Positions 6,529-15,407 are shown, counted from the first letter of the stretch. The stretch is DNA of 27,031 nucleotides from a virus (IMGVR_UViG_3300017697_000078:1-27031), one strand, 5' to 3'. Notes: a model not told the origin generated them from the sequence alone. Numbers and translations: made by a program.

Positions 6529-9027
6529 ATGGCTGAAGAAAAAAGTTTTTATAGAAAAGCAGTAGATTATCTACAAGCTCCACCAAAAAGAATAGTTGCA
6601 GGAGCAAAGGGAAGTCCTTATGACCGCAATGATTCTATGCTTACAAGTAATTTTGGTTACAACACACAATCGGGACACTTCCCACAAAAACTAATAGACG
6701 ATATGGGCGATGGTCTAGGCAACTCTGCCGTGACTGCTTGTCTCAATGTTTTAGCAACTTCTTTTGCTGAACCAACATTAAAGGTTTATAAAAAAGTAGA
6801 AGGTGGCAAAGAACTAGTTCCTTCACATCCAATGGAAGTCCTTTTAACAAGACCTAACGAGTTCCTTAGTGGACAAAGCTTAGCTCACTATATTGTTACT
6901 TCTTTATCTGCTCACGGAGATGCATTCCTTATGAAGAGCAGAAACAATAAAGGTGAAGTAGTTCAATTGATACCTTTGATGCCTTCTTATGTCAAAGTAA
7001 GAGGGAATGAAAGAGAATTAATTACTCACTACGAATATTACGCAGTGAAACAAACAAACTCCCTAACAAAAGATTTTATAGAATTACCAAGAGAGAATGT
7101 TGTCCACATTCGTCAAGGTATGGACCCGGATGACCATAGAAGAGGCTTTGCTCCAATACGAACAGTATTAAGAGAATTAGCCGGTGATGAAGCAGCAGGA
7201 CAATTTGCTGTTGCCTTGTTACACAATATGGCTGTTCCCGGCGTTATCTTAAGTCCAAAAGATGACACTATGGGTGGTCCTTCTAGGGAAGAAGCCGAAG
7301 CAATAGCTCAAGCTTTTAAATCTAAGTTCTCGGGAGCCAACAGAGGCGCACCAATGATTATGACTGGTGCTATGGATGTAGACGTAGTCTCATTCACACC
7401 GGAACAAATGAACCTAACTGCATTGAGAAGACTGCCGGAAGAAAGAGTGTCCTCTGTTCTTGGAGTTCCGGCAATTCTCGCTGGACTCGGCGCTGGATTG
7501 GACGCAGCCACGTATAACAATACGAAAGAATTAAGAGAGTTCTTCACTGAACAAAAGATGATTCCATTATGGAATGCTGTTGCTTCAGAGTTCACTCATC
7601 AAATACTACATACTGAATTCGAAAAAAATGATTACTCAATGGTTTGTCAGTATGACTTAGAAGAAGTAAGAGCTTTAGCCTCAGATAAAAAAGAACAAGT
7701 TTTAACAATGAACTCCGGTGTTCAAGGTGGTTTTGTTACTATCTCAGAAGCAAGAAAGAGTTTAGGGTTAGAAGCAGACGAAAGTCACGAAGTTTTCTTA
7801 AGACCATTAAATATGGTGGCTGTTCCAGTGGGGGAGACTGGAGTTATGACTCAAATAAATGAGAGCCAGCAAAACCCTCCGGAACAACCATCTGAAGATG
7901 ACGAGAAAGCTACACTCAATACAACTGGTTTCAAGCCACAAGTAAGAAGAAGTAAAAGAGTTATTGGTAAGAGACCTAAAAAAAAGAAAAATGTCACTGT
8001 TGACTTAACTATGGAGTTCAAAGGTTCTGAAGGTGATTATTCACTTATAGATGAGAAAGCAGCAATATCTGCTAAAGTTAAGAAAGTATTACAAAAAAAG
8101 GTAACAGACCACAATGCAAAAGACCCAAAATATAAAGCAAGTTATGGAATGTTGGCAGCTGTCTTCAGACGAGGTGTCGGTGCCTATAGAACTAACCCAG
8201 CTTCAGTGCGAGGTAATGTTTCTTCAGCAACCCAATGGGGCGTAGCTAGAGTTAACGCATTCCTTAAAGGATTGAAAGGTAAGTTCCCAAGAACTGCTTT
8301 TGACCAAGACTTACTCCCTAGTGGTCATCCTTTAAGTTCTAAAAAATCAGCAAAAGCAGAATCAGTAAAAATTGGTGACGCTGTTAGCTGGTCCATTAAT
8401 AAAGACCCCGACCCACCATCAACCGTTCACGGTATTGTTACCTCTGTAAAAGAAGATGAGGCATCAATGATAGTTTGGGCAATTATGGAAGATGGTTCAC
8501 ACAAGAAGACTGATAGAAATGTCACTATGCCAATTTCTAAACTAAGAAAGATTAAAGATTGGCGTAATGAAGAAAAAGCAAAAGAAAAAATTACTGGTTT
8601 CCCTTCAGCTGAAGATAACCAAAAAATTAGCTTGAGCAACTCAAATTTTAAACAATTCCCCGACCACGCTTATGTCAAAAATCTTAAAGAGAATTACCCG
8701 AGCATATGGAAAAGAGCAGGAACCGGTGGAAACCCACCTACTTCCTTTACTGGAAATGATGCATATCGAAACTGGACGAAATATAAAGGTGGAGATAGAA
8801 GTGCGTCAGTATTATCTTGGGTAAAAAGACGAGAACGTTTTATGAGCCGACACTCCGGAAACACTAGACTAAATGGAATCATTGCCGTTATGAAATGGGG
8901 CGGTGTAACTAAGTCCGGTGTTAGCACTATGAAGAAAATCGTAAATGAACAGAAGAAGAAAGAAGATGACCGTCGTAAAAAAGCTATAGACCTTATAGCT
9001 GGAAACAACGACGATTTGACAAGTTAA
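6529..9027 (+). CDS. HK97-family portal protein with ~370-aa multi-module C-terminal extension
   Basis: Follows TerL; HPMEVLLTRPN, HGDAF, VVHIR, VPGVIL, VLGVP, TYNN, TISEARKSLGL portal motifs in first ~430 aa. Confidence 0.93.
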   Translation: MAEEKSFYRKAVDYLQAPPKRIVAGAKGSPYDRNDSMLTSNFGYNTQSGHFPQKLIDDMGDGLGNSAVTACLNVLATSFAEPTLKVYKKVEGGKELVPSHPMEVLLTRPNEFLSGQSLAHYIVTSLSAHGDAFLMKSRNNKGEVVQLIPLMPSYVKVRGNERELITHYEYYAVKQTNSLTKDFIELPRENVVHIRQGMDPDDHRRGFAPIRTVLRELAGDEAAGQFAVALLHNMAVPGVILSPKDDTMGGPSREEAEAIAQAFKSKFSGANRGAPMIMTGAMDVDVVSFTPEQMNLTALRRLPEERVSSVLGVPAILAGLGAGLDAATYNNTKELREFFTEQKMIPLWNAVASEFTHQILHTEFEKNDYSMVCQYDLEEVRALASDKKEQVLTMNSGVQGGFVTISEARKSLGLEADESHEVFLRPLNMVAVPVGETGVMTQINESQQNPPEQPSEDDEKATLNTTGFKPQVRRSKRVIGKRPKKKKNVTVDLTMEFKGSEGDYSLIDEKAAISAKVKKVLQKKVTDHNAKDPKYKASYGMLAAVFRRGVGAYRTNPASVRGNVSSATQWGVARVNAFLKGLKGKFPRTAFDQDLLPSGHPLSSKKSAKAESVKIGDAVSWSINKDPDPPSTVHGIVTSVKEDEASMIVWAIMEDGSHKKTDRNVTMPISKLRKIKDWRNEEKAKEKITGFPSAEDNQKISLSNSNFKQFPDHAYVKNLKENYPSIWKRAGTGGNPPTSFTGNDAYRNWTKYKGGDRSASVLSWVKRRERFMSRHSGNTRLNGIIAVMKWGGVTKSGVSTMKKIVNEQKKKEDDRRKKAIDLIAGNNDDLTS

Positions 9028-9058
9028 AATAAAAGAGTATAAAAGGAGTTAATTTTTT

Positions 9059-10318
9059 ATGGCTAGTGAAAAATTCACAAAGTCGGTGTCATTCAAAACC
9101 ACTGATGATGAAAAAGGAAATGTTGAAGCAGTATTTTCTGTTTTTAACAACCTAGATAGTGACGGCGATGTAGTCGTTCCCGGAGCAATAAAATCCGGAT
9201 TTAAAGATGACCAAGTTCCAATGGTATTCGCACACAAGTGGGACCAACCAATTGGTAAAGGTAAAATAGTTCAAGAAGACGACAAAGCAGTCTTCAAAGG
9301 TAAATTTTTTATGGGAACTGAGGCTGGTAAAGAAGCTTATAATCTTGCAAAAGAAATGGGTGACTTACAAGAATGGTCTTTCGGTTTCAGAATTAATGAC
9401 TATGAAGTCGCAGAATTCAAAAAAGATGGGGAATCAGTAGGAGACGTTCGATACTTAAAAGATTTAGAAGTATACGAAGTATCACCAGTTCTTGTAGGAG
9501 CCAATAGGCAGACCTACACACTAGCCATTAAAACAGGTGAAGAGTCAGTATACGAATCTAGCTCCGATGAAAAAGCCGCAAATGATGAGGACATCTTTGA
9601 TAACGAAGAAGATGCTAAGAAAAGAGCAGAGGAACTAGGATGTTCCGGAACTCATACTCATTCAGTAGATGGTAAAGAAGTCTATATGCCTTGTGCAACT
9701 CACGATGCATATGAAGATATGATTAAAGATGAAAAAGATTTGTCAGAAGATACAGAAGTTGTTGAAACAGAAGTATCTGAAGAGAAAAGTTCAGAAAATG
9801 ATTCCAGCTTGCAAGGAGTTCGTTTTTCTGATGAGGTGAAAGATGTGCTTGCAGCATTGGATAGCCTTATTGTTAGAACTAAAGCAATTAGTGTTTTACG
9901 TTCTAAAGATGGAAGGGATATATCGGCTAAAGCTGAGTCAGCTCTTAGAGCTGTCCAAAGCGATTTAGATGATGCTTGGCAAGAGCTAGATGTAATTCTT
10001 GGTTCCGAAGAAGATACTCCGGAAGCTGAAATTGATACAGAAGCTGAAGTAGTTGAAGCAGAAGTTCCAGTAGCAGAAGAGTCAGAGGCAGTAGCCGAAG
10101 AGTCTGAAGTTGTTGAGACAGAAGTTGAGCCTACAGAAGATTCTGAGACAGTTGATGTTGAAGAAGAGGAAGATTCTGAACCCGAGGAAGATACTGCAGA
10201 TGAGGAAGAAGAAATTGTTGAACTCGAAGAGGTTGACAGTGAATTCGAAGCTCTTTTTGCAGAAGCTCAAGCTACAATTGCAGAATCTATAATTGTTGAG
10301 CTTGAAGAAGACGAATAG
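9059..10318 (+). CDS. HK97-family prohead maturation protease with acidic C-terminal extension
   Basis: DSDGDVVVPGA, FAH, PIG, WSFGF (catalytic Ser), YEVSPVLVGAN; SD AGGAG. Confidence 0.93.
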   Translation: MASEKFTKSVSFKTTDDEKGNVEAVFSVFNNLDSDGDVVVPGAIKSGFKDDQVPMVFAHKWDQPIGKGKIVQEDDKAVFKGKFFMGTEAGKEAYNLAKEMGDLQEWSFGFRINDYEVAEFKKDGESVGDVRYLKDLEVYEVSPVLVGANRQTYTLAIKTGEESVYESSSDEKAANDEDIFDNEEDAKKRAEELGCSGTHTHSVDGKEVYMPCATHDAYEDMIKDEKDLSEDTEVVETEVSEEKSSENDSSLQGVRFSDEVKDVLAALDSLIVRTKAISVLRSKDGRDISAKAESALRAVQSDLDDAWQELDVILGSEEDTPEAEIDTEAEVVEAEVPVAEESEAVAEESEVVETEVEPTEDSETVDVEEEEDSEPEEDTADEEEEIVELEEVDSEFEALFAEAQATIAESIIVELEEDE

Positions 10319-10350
10319 TATAAGTATAAGTTATTTTGGAGAAAAATATA

Positions 10351-11592
10351 ATGTCAGATTATAAAGAACAAATTTCCAAGAAGCGTGCTGAGTTAAAAGA
10401 AGTATTTGATAACCCAGTAGAAGACGGTAAGTATTCTGCTGAGCAAAAAAATGCTATCAATGGTTTAAACACCGAACTCGCTGATTTAGTTGATACAGCT
10501 AACTTAGAGAAAAGCAAAGCCAAGAATGAAAAAGCTATGGATACAGAAGTTTATGCTTCTGAAGAACCACAAGCTGGACCATCCAACATTGGTGAAGCTT
10601 TCGTTAAGTCTGCTGCTTATCAAAACTACAAGTCAGACGGAGTTAAAGGTGTAGACTCTACAGTAGGATTTAGCCCAATAGGCTATAAAACTACTTTAGG
10701 TGCTGGAACCACTAACTCTTTCGCTCCGGAAGTTTTAAGACAGCCGGGAATCTTAGAGGCAGCTCTTAGAGACCCCGATGCAGTCATTGGTCTTTTTGAC
10801 CAAATCGAAACAGACCAAAATTCCTTTGCATATATGGAAGAAACAACCTTCACAAATGCCGCTGCTGAACAAGCTGAAGAAGCTACAACAGCAGAGGGAG
10901 CATTAGACTTCACAGAGCAAACTGCACCAATCCGTAAGGTTGGCGTATTCTTGCCTGTGACTGAAGAACTTCTTGCAGATGTAAGTGGAATTCAAGGTTA
11001 TGTAAACTCAAGGCTTGCCACAATGATGAAATTGAGATTAGATTCTCAACTTCTCAGTGGTGACGGAACTGCACCAAACATCGAGGGTATCCTTGATGCT
11101 GGTAAATCAAACGTAGACACTATTGCCTACGGTTCCTACTCCGGTGAGCTAAAGCAATTAGGGGCTTTGTATCAAGCAATTACAAACATCAGAACTGGTG
11201 GATTTGTAGAGCCGGATGCAATAGTTATGCACCCTAATGACTGGTATCAAGTTGTTACCTCAATAAGCGATTTCGCAGGAACATCTTCAGCAGGTTATGC
11301 TGCTAAGAATCCTCTTTTCGTTGTTGGTGGTGGCTTCGGTGATGCACCTCAACCAAGAATTTGGGGTATCCCAGTCGTTCCATCAACAGCTATCGCTGAG
11401 AACACAGTTCTCGTTGGTAGATTCGGTGGTGGAGAAGCTGCTCACGTTGTTATGCGACAAGGTATTGACCTTGCTGTATCAGACTCACATAGTGACTTCT
11501 TCCTTAAAGGAAAATTAGCTATTAGAGCAACAATGAGAGTCGGTCTTGCTGTCTACAGACAGGAAGCATTCTCAAAGATTACTTCTTTCTAA
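10351..11592 (+). CDS. major capsid protein, HK97 fold, with N-terminal delta/scaffold domain
   Basis: N-terminal coiled coil, QLLSGDGT, IVMHPNDW, IWGIPVV; ATG 10351 preferred to TTG 10336 because of SD GGAG at 10338. Confidence 0.95.
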   Translation: MSDYKEQISKKRAELKEVFDNPVEDGKYSAEQKNAINGLNTELADLVDTANLEKSKAKNEKAMDTEVYASEEPQAGPSNIGEAFVKSAAYQNYKSDGVKGVDSTVGFSPIGYKTTLGAGTTNSFAPEVLRQPGILEAALRDPDAVIGLFDQIETDQNSFAYMEETTFTNAAAEQAEEATTAEGALDFTEQTAPIRKVGVFLPVTEELLADVSGIQGYVNSRLATMMKLRLDSQLLSGDGTAPNIEGILDAGKSNVDTIAYGSYSGELKQLGALYQAITNIRTGGFVEPDAIVMHPNDWYQVVTSISDFAGTSSAGYAAKNPLFVVGGGFGDAPQPRIWGIPVVPSTAIAENTVLVGRFGGGEAAHVVMRQGIDLAVSDSHSDFFLKGKLAIRATMRVGLAVYRQEAFSKITSF

Positions 11593-11610
11593 GAGGTATT
11601 CTAAGAAATT

Positions 11611-11642
11611 TTTGGAGGGGTGGATTATTCTGCCCCTTCAAA
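11611..11642 (+). terminator. stem-loop after capsid gene (terminator or mRNA stabiliser)
   Basis: TTTGGAGGGGTGGA-TTAT-TCTGCCCCTTCAAA; no U-tract. Confidence 0.5.
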
Positions 11643-11669
11643 TCCAAAAAGAAGGAATAAAAGATTTAA

Positions 11670-11918
11670 ATGGAATATATAAAAGTAGAAAAAGATATTT
11701 GGAAAATGGCAGATGGCTCATTATTCGAAGGTAACGTCAATGATGTTCCTAAAGGTAACCCATCTAATGTAGCTAAAGCCGGTAAAGAATATTCAATGGA
11801 ATATTTAGAATCCCACGGTTGGGGTAAAAAAGAAAAAGCTCCTAAGAAAAAAGCTGCTAAAAAAGATAAAAAAGTCGAAAATAAAGCCGTTAAGCCCGAA
11901 GACACAGAAGACAAGTAG
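11670..11918 (+). CDS. small Lys-rich head-module protein
   Basis: Directly after MCP, KKAAKK...ENKAVKP tail; SD GAAGGA. Confidence 0.7.
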   Translation: MEYIKVEKDIWKMADGSLFEGNVNDVPKGNPSNVAKAGKEYSMEYLESHGWGKKEKAPKKKAAKKDKKVENKAVKPEDTEDK

Positions 11919-11924
11919 TCTTTA

Positions 11925-12611
11925 ATGGCACTATCATCAGTTTCTGACGTTAAAAGTGTTATTGGCGTAGATATGTCTTCAGCTGACGAAACAGCTATAA
12001 CAAACATTTTTATACCCGCAGTTGACGCAGCAATCAAAAATTACTTAGGCTATGAGCTTGAGTATACATCTTCTATTAGTGAAACCCTAGATGGGACCAA
12101 TGAAGAAGAGTTTTATACAAAATCAGCACCGATAGTAGCAGTAACTTCTGTTACAGAAGATGCAGTTGCGTTAACTGAAGGTAACGATGAGCACTTTGTA
12201 GTTTACAAAGCAGAGGGTAGAGTTCGTAAAACAAATAACAAAAGATGGTCAACAATAAGACTTCAAAATGTGACTATCGTTTATTCTGCTGGATATTCAG
12301 ATTCAGAAGTAACAGCAGAAGACATTCCTAAAGATTTAAAGTTTATTAGTGCTAAAGGTGCTGGCAAGATGTTTATTACAGCAGCAGCTTTATCAGCACA
12401 ACAACCAACTGGTGAAGTTTCAACACATACTGCTGACACCTCTACAGATGCTAACTTTAACTTAGTTAGACAAGAATCACTAGGTGATTATTCAGCAACA
12501 TACGAAAGTATTCCGAATTTATTAAATGAAGGAATCTTAAACGAGATGGATATGAGGGTATTATCAAAATATAAGAGGCAATACTTCACATCGGCATCCA
12601 TTCTCGACTAG
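11925..12611 (+). CDS. head-tail connector/adaptor (gp6/gp15-like)
   Basis: AIKNYLG, VTIVYSAGY, IPKDLK, ESLGDYSATY, LSKYKR motifs; position. Confidence 0.85.
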   Translation: MALSSVSDVKSVIGVDMSSADETAITNIFIPAVDAAIKNYLGYELEYTSSISETLDGTNEEEFYTKSAPIVAVTSVTEDAVALTEGNDEHFVVYKAEGRVRKTNNKRWSTIRLQNVTIVYSAGYSDSEVTAEDIPKDLKFISAKGAGKMFITAAALSAQQPTGEVSTHTADTSTDANFNLVRQESLGDYSATYESIPNLLNEGILNEMDMRVLSKYKRQYFTSASILD

Positions 12612-12621
12612 ACTTAGTTTT

Positions 12622-12822
12622 ATGGATATAGAAGTAAATAAAGCACAAAGAATAGCTTATCTTCGTGGAATAGACGATGCCCAATTTAAAGAAGCTGTTT
12701 TAGACCAAATGAACTCTTTAAGATTACAGAAAGTTAATCTTGTTGATGATATGGATGTTATTCTAAACGGGTATCTTTCAGTTTGTAAAAAGTTCCCGAT
12801 TAAAGCTAAAAAAAAGAAATAA
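12622..12822 (+). CDS. hypothetical protein, probably leaderless
   Basis: TAGACT (12609-12614) 7 nt before ATG, no SD; coupled to next gene. Confidence 0.65.
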   Translation: MDIEVNKAQRIAYLRGIDDAQFKEAVLDQMNSLRLQKVNLVDDMDVILNGYLSVCKKFPIKAKKKK

Positions 12823-13061
12823 TGGCTAGATACGATTACAAGTGTTCTAAATGTGAGCATTTGTTTGAGGTCCAGCATTCAATACACGACGAACCAAAGA
12901 TTAAATGTGAAAAATGTAAAGCAATTTCTAATAGACAAATTAGCACTAGGGTTTATCTCTATGGAACTGTTGGCGTTGACTGGAATAGTAATCCTAATGG
13001 TGCTAGTAAGTCAATGAGAGACAAAGCCAGTAAAGCTGCTAAAAGAAAAGTTCAGTTTTAA
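12822..13061 (+). CDS. FmdB-family zinc-ribbon protein
   Basis: MxxYDYKCxxC..FEV.HS......CxxC signature. Confidence 0.85.
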   Translation: MARYDYKCSKCEHLFEVQHSIHDEPKIKCEKCKAISNRQISTRVYLYGTVGVDWNSNPNGASKSMRDKASKAAKRKVQF

Positions 13062-13345
13062 GGATTAAAGTATCCAAGGATACCGTATCCACAACTACCA
13101 CTTTCTATCTCAGATATTAAACAATCCTCCGGCATAATGGATTCATCGTGCTCATCTACTATTTCACCCTCATACCAAAATATAGAGTCTGTATAGTTAG
13201 CTCTATGTTGACAATCTGATGGTGGTGTAGACGAGTCTAAGTCTTCACAGTATATTTCTGTAAAATTATCCCAATACATTGTAGGCATAGCGTTCACATT
13301 GCTACCCCCACCTAAAATAACTATTCCAAGTAATAATCCAAACAT
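13058..13345 (-). CDS. putative secreted/membrane-anchored acidic protein (95 aa)
   Basis: Start moved to ATG 13345 (TAATG coupling, SD AAAGGA); hydrophobic N-terminus MFGLLLGIVILG; four Cys. Confidence 0.7.
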   Translation of the reverse strand: MFGLLLGIVILGGGSNVNAMPTMYWDNFTEIYCEDLDSSTPPSDCQHRANYTDSIFWYEGEIVDEHDESIMPEDCLISEIESGSCGYGILGYFNP

Positions 13346-13548
13346 TATTTTTCCTTTGTTGGGTCTTTGTGTCCACGAACACGTCCAGCTTGTTTTGGTG
13401 CGTGTAGGTAACATTTATCTGAAGGATTGTATTGACTTAAAGTAACTACGCAATCTTCTTTAACACAAAGTCTTCCTTTATTGAATATTCTACTTTGTCG
13501 ACTTGCTTCATAGCGACTTCTTCCTGTAATATTAAATTGATTACCCAT
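13345..13548 (-). CDS. small basic zinc-finger-like protein
   Basis: CxxxxC..LS.YN...CxxH; SD GAGGAGG, TAATG coupling. Confidence 0.75.
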   Translation of the reverse strand: MGNQFNITGRSRYEASRQSRIFNKGRLCVKEDCVVTLSQYNPSDKCYLHAPKQAGRVRGHKDPTKEK

Positions 13549-13679
13549 TATTCTTCCTCCTCAAACCATTCTGTGGGAAATCCTGTATTACGTTTCTCTT
13601 TTTCCCATCTTCTCATCTCTACAAAAGACATAGCTCTATCTATTAGATTATCTAAAAACTTATCTACTTTACTAAGCAC
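13548..13679 (-). CDS. small hypothetical protein (43 aa, MLSKVDKFLD...EWFEEEE)
   Basis: Not in ORF track; GTG start with SD AAAGGAG, stop overlaps next ATG. Confidence 0.7.
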   Translation of the reverse strand: MLSKVDKFLDNLIDRAMSFVEMRRWEKEKRNTGFPTEWFEEEE

Positions 13680-14220
13680 CTTGCTCCTTTCTTAATTTAT
13701 TAATATATCTAGCGTCACTTTTCCAACACCATTCGCTACTTGACCAGTCTTTCCATTGGGAACGACCATATATATCTTGTGATAGTAAATATCCAAACTG
13801 GATGTTGTAATATTCTGTATGTTGAACTTTTTTAAACTCAAAACCTACGGCTGATTTAGATGTAGGTCCAGTGTATGGTTTACCAAAACGCATAACTACC
13901 CATTCATCCCACATTGGTAGGTCATATTCTTCTGCAACCCAATTCCAAGTCCAAGACACAAATTGAAATAGTCCGGAGTCATTATTGCCCTCAGCAGTTC
14001 TTAATGCATCGGTATTTCCTCTAGATTCACACCAAATTACTTTTATTGCAGTGTTAAGTTGTATAGGGTCTTCAAAAGTTTGTATTAACAACTCTGAGTG
14101 CTCTCTTACATTACGGGTAACTATTGTGTCACAAAATTGGTAATTTTCTACGTAATCAGTGGTTATAAAGCCATTTTGGGGTAAAGCTGTCGCTAGGAAG
14201 ATTAAACATTCTGCTATCAT
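13672..14220 (-). CDS. secreted lysozyme-like lytic transglycosylase (SLT/Rpf-like)
   Basis: Signal-like N-terminus; catalytic CES.G, SGLFQF..TW, W..W...C motifs. Confidence 0.8.
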   Translation of the reverse strand: MIAECLIFLATALPQNGFITTDYVENYQFCDTIVTRNVREHSELLIQTFEDPIQLNTAIKVIWCESRGNTDALRTAEGNNDSGLFQFVSWTWNWVAEEYDLPMWDEWVVMRFGKPYTGPTSKSAVGFEFKKVQHTEYYNIQFGYLLSQDIYGRSQWKDWSSSEWCWKSDARYINKLRKEQGA

Positions 14221-14246
14221 TTAGTCTCTTTCTTTGTCATACTATA

Positions 14247-14275
14247 AACATAGCACAACAAAGCAGAAATGTCAA
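14247..14275 (-). promoter_or_regulatory. sigma70-type promoter for transglycosylase operon
   Basis: Minus strand TTGACA (14275-14270), 17 bp, TGcTATGTT. Confidence 0.65.
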
Positions 14276-14508
14276 CTATCTATTTTTAATTTAATTGCTT
14301 TTGATAAAACATCGCTTTCACTGCTACCGGTAACTCCAGTAACGAATTCGTTTACAAACTCGCCATATTGGTTTTGCTTCTCCATAAATAGTTCAGCTTC
14401 CCAACAGTTTGCATACTTATTCCAAGCGATATATATCGTCTTATCTTGAACTTTCAATAACTTTTGTTGTTCATCAATAGCTATTAGTTCTGCATTGGTT
14501 GTGTCCAT
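14272..14508 (-). CDS. hypothetical protein
   Basis: SD AGAGGAGG; own promoter. Confidence 0.75.
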   Translation of the reverse strand: MDTTNAELIAIDEQQKLLKVQDKTIYIAWNKYANCWEAELFMEKQNQYGEFVNEFVTGVTGSSESDVLSKAIKLKIDS

Positions 14509-14531
14509 ACAACCTCCTCTGTCCTAATCCC

Positions 14532-14560
14532 ATTATACACTGTTTTTATCAGAATAACAA
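14532..14560 (-). promoter_or_regulatory. leftward promoter of divergent pair
   Basis: Minus strand TTGTTA, 17 bp, TATAAT. Confidence 0.65.
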
Positions 14561-14578
14561 GAAAATAAACTTTTTCTA

Positions 14579-14607
14579 TTGACAAATAATACAACCTCTA
14601 GTAAAGT
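14579..14607 (+). promoter_or_regulatory. rightward promoter giving leaderless mRNA
   Basis: TTGACA (14579-14584), 17 bp, TAAAGT (14602-14607); ATG 6 nt later, no SD. Confidence 0.65.
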
Positions 14608-14613
14608 GAGACT

Positions 14614-15357
14614 ATGATAACAGATAATGACAAGACGACTTATCGACCTAGTTATGAGCAGATGGAGTGGTTATTCAAAAAATACCCACACAAAACTCTT
14701 AGAGAATGGGCATCCGAATGGGGCTTATCTCACGAGAGAGTGCGACAACTAAGGGAGCAACTAGACGTGCCACCTAGAGGTAGTTTCAATAGAGAAATTG
14801 CAGAAGAAATTATAGAGTATATACGCAGCGGGAAGGGAACTGTATCTACTGCAAGAACTTATGAAAAATATCCTAGTGTTGGTAAACGTAAATTTTTATC
14901 TTGGTGCAAAGAGCACTCAGATTTACAAGAAAAGTTAAATGATGCATTTGAGTATGTAGAGTTTCAAAAGAAACATCCTACACATAAAAAGTGTCAGATA
15001 ACTGGAGAAGTATTACCTATCACAGAATTTTATAAAGATAGGAACTCACAAGACGGCTATGGTAGTCGTTCTAAAGAAGCAGTAAAAACTATGGTTAAAA
15101 CGTATTACGATAAAAGACCACAGGTTACTGTTCCTACTGTAGAAACTAAGAACTGTGCATCTATACCGGAAATTGGTCCTTTACCAGCTTCTGAGTTTGG
15201 AGTTAGCACTAAAGCTACTACAGGACTGCAAACATATTGCAAAAAGTTTCAAAGTGAGTATCAGAAACTTAAAGGGCAAGACAACGCTTTTGATATAGCT
15301 AAGGGTAAAACCCTTGATTATTATCTAGAGCAGGGATATACTTTATCTAACACATAG
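14614..15357 (+). CDS. multi-domain DNA-binding protein (sigma-region-4-like HTH, second HTH, two degenerate Zn-finger-like repeats)
   Basis: TLREWASEWGLSHERVRQL; IIEYIRSG...FLSWCKEH; KKC...LPITEFYKD...DG and KNC...LPASEF...GLQTYCK. Confidence 0.7.
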   Translation: MITDNDKTTYRPSYEQMEWLFKKYPHKTLREWASEWGLSHERVRQLREQLDVPPRGSFNREIAEEIIEYIRSGKGTVSTARTYEKYPSVGKRKFLSWCKEHSDLQEKLNDAFEYVEFQKKHPTHKKCQITGEVLPITEFYKDRNSQDGYGSRSKEAVKTMVKTYYDKRPQVTVPTVETKNCASIPEIGPLPASEFGVSTKATTGLQTYCKKFQSEYQKLKGQDNAFDIAKGKTLDYYLEQGYTLSNT

Positions 15358-15380
15358 TAAGGGTGTTCCATTATTTAGCT

Positions 15381-15407
15381 AAAGCTCCTCATCCGTGGGG
15401 AGCTTTT
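15381..15407 (+). terminator. intrinsic terminator
   Basis: AAAGCTCCTCA-TCCG-TGGGGAGCTTT followed by T-rich bases. Confidence 0.7.

Noticed and set aside
9016-9043. Possible internal promoter TTGACA-16-TATAAA before the protease gene
   Set aside because: Short spacer, and the predicted start would fall after the AGGAG SD; may be chance in AT-rich DNA.
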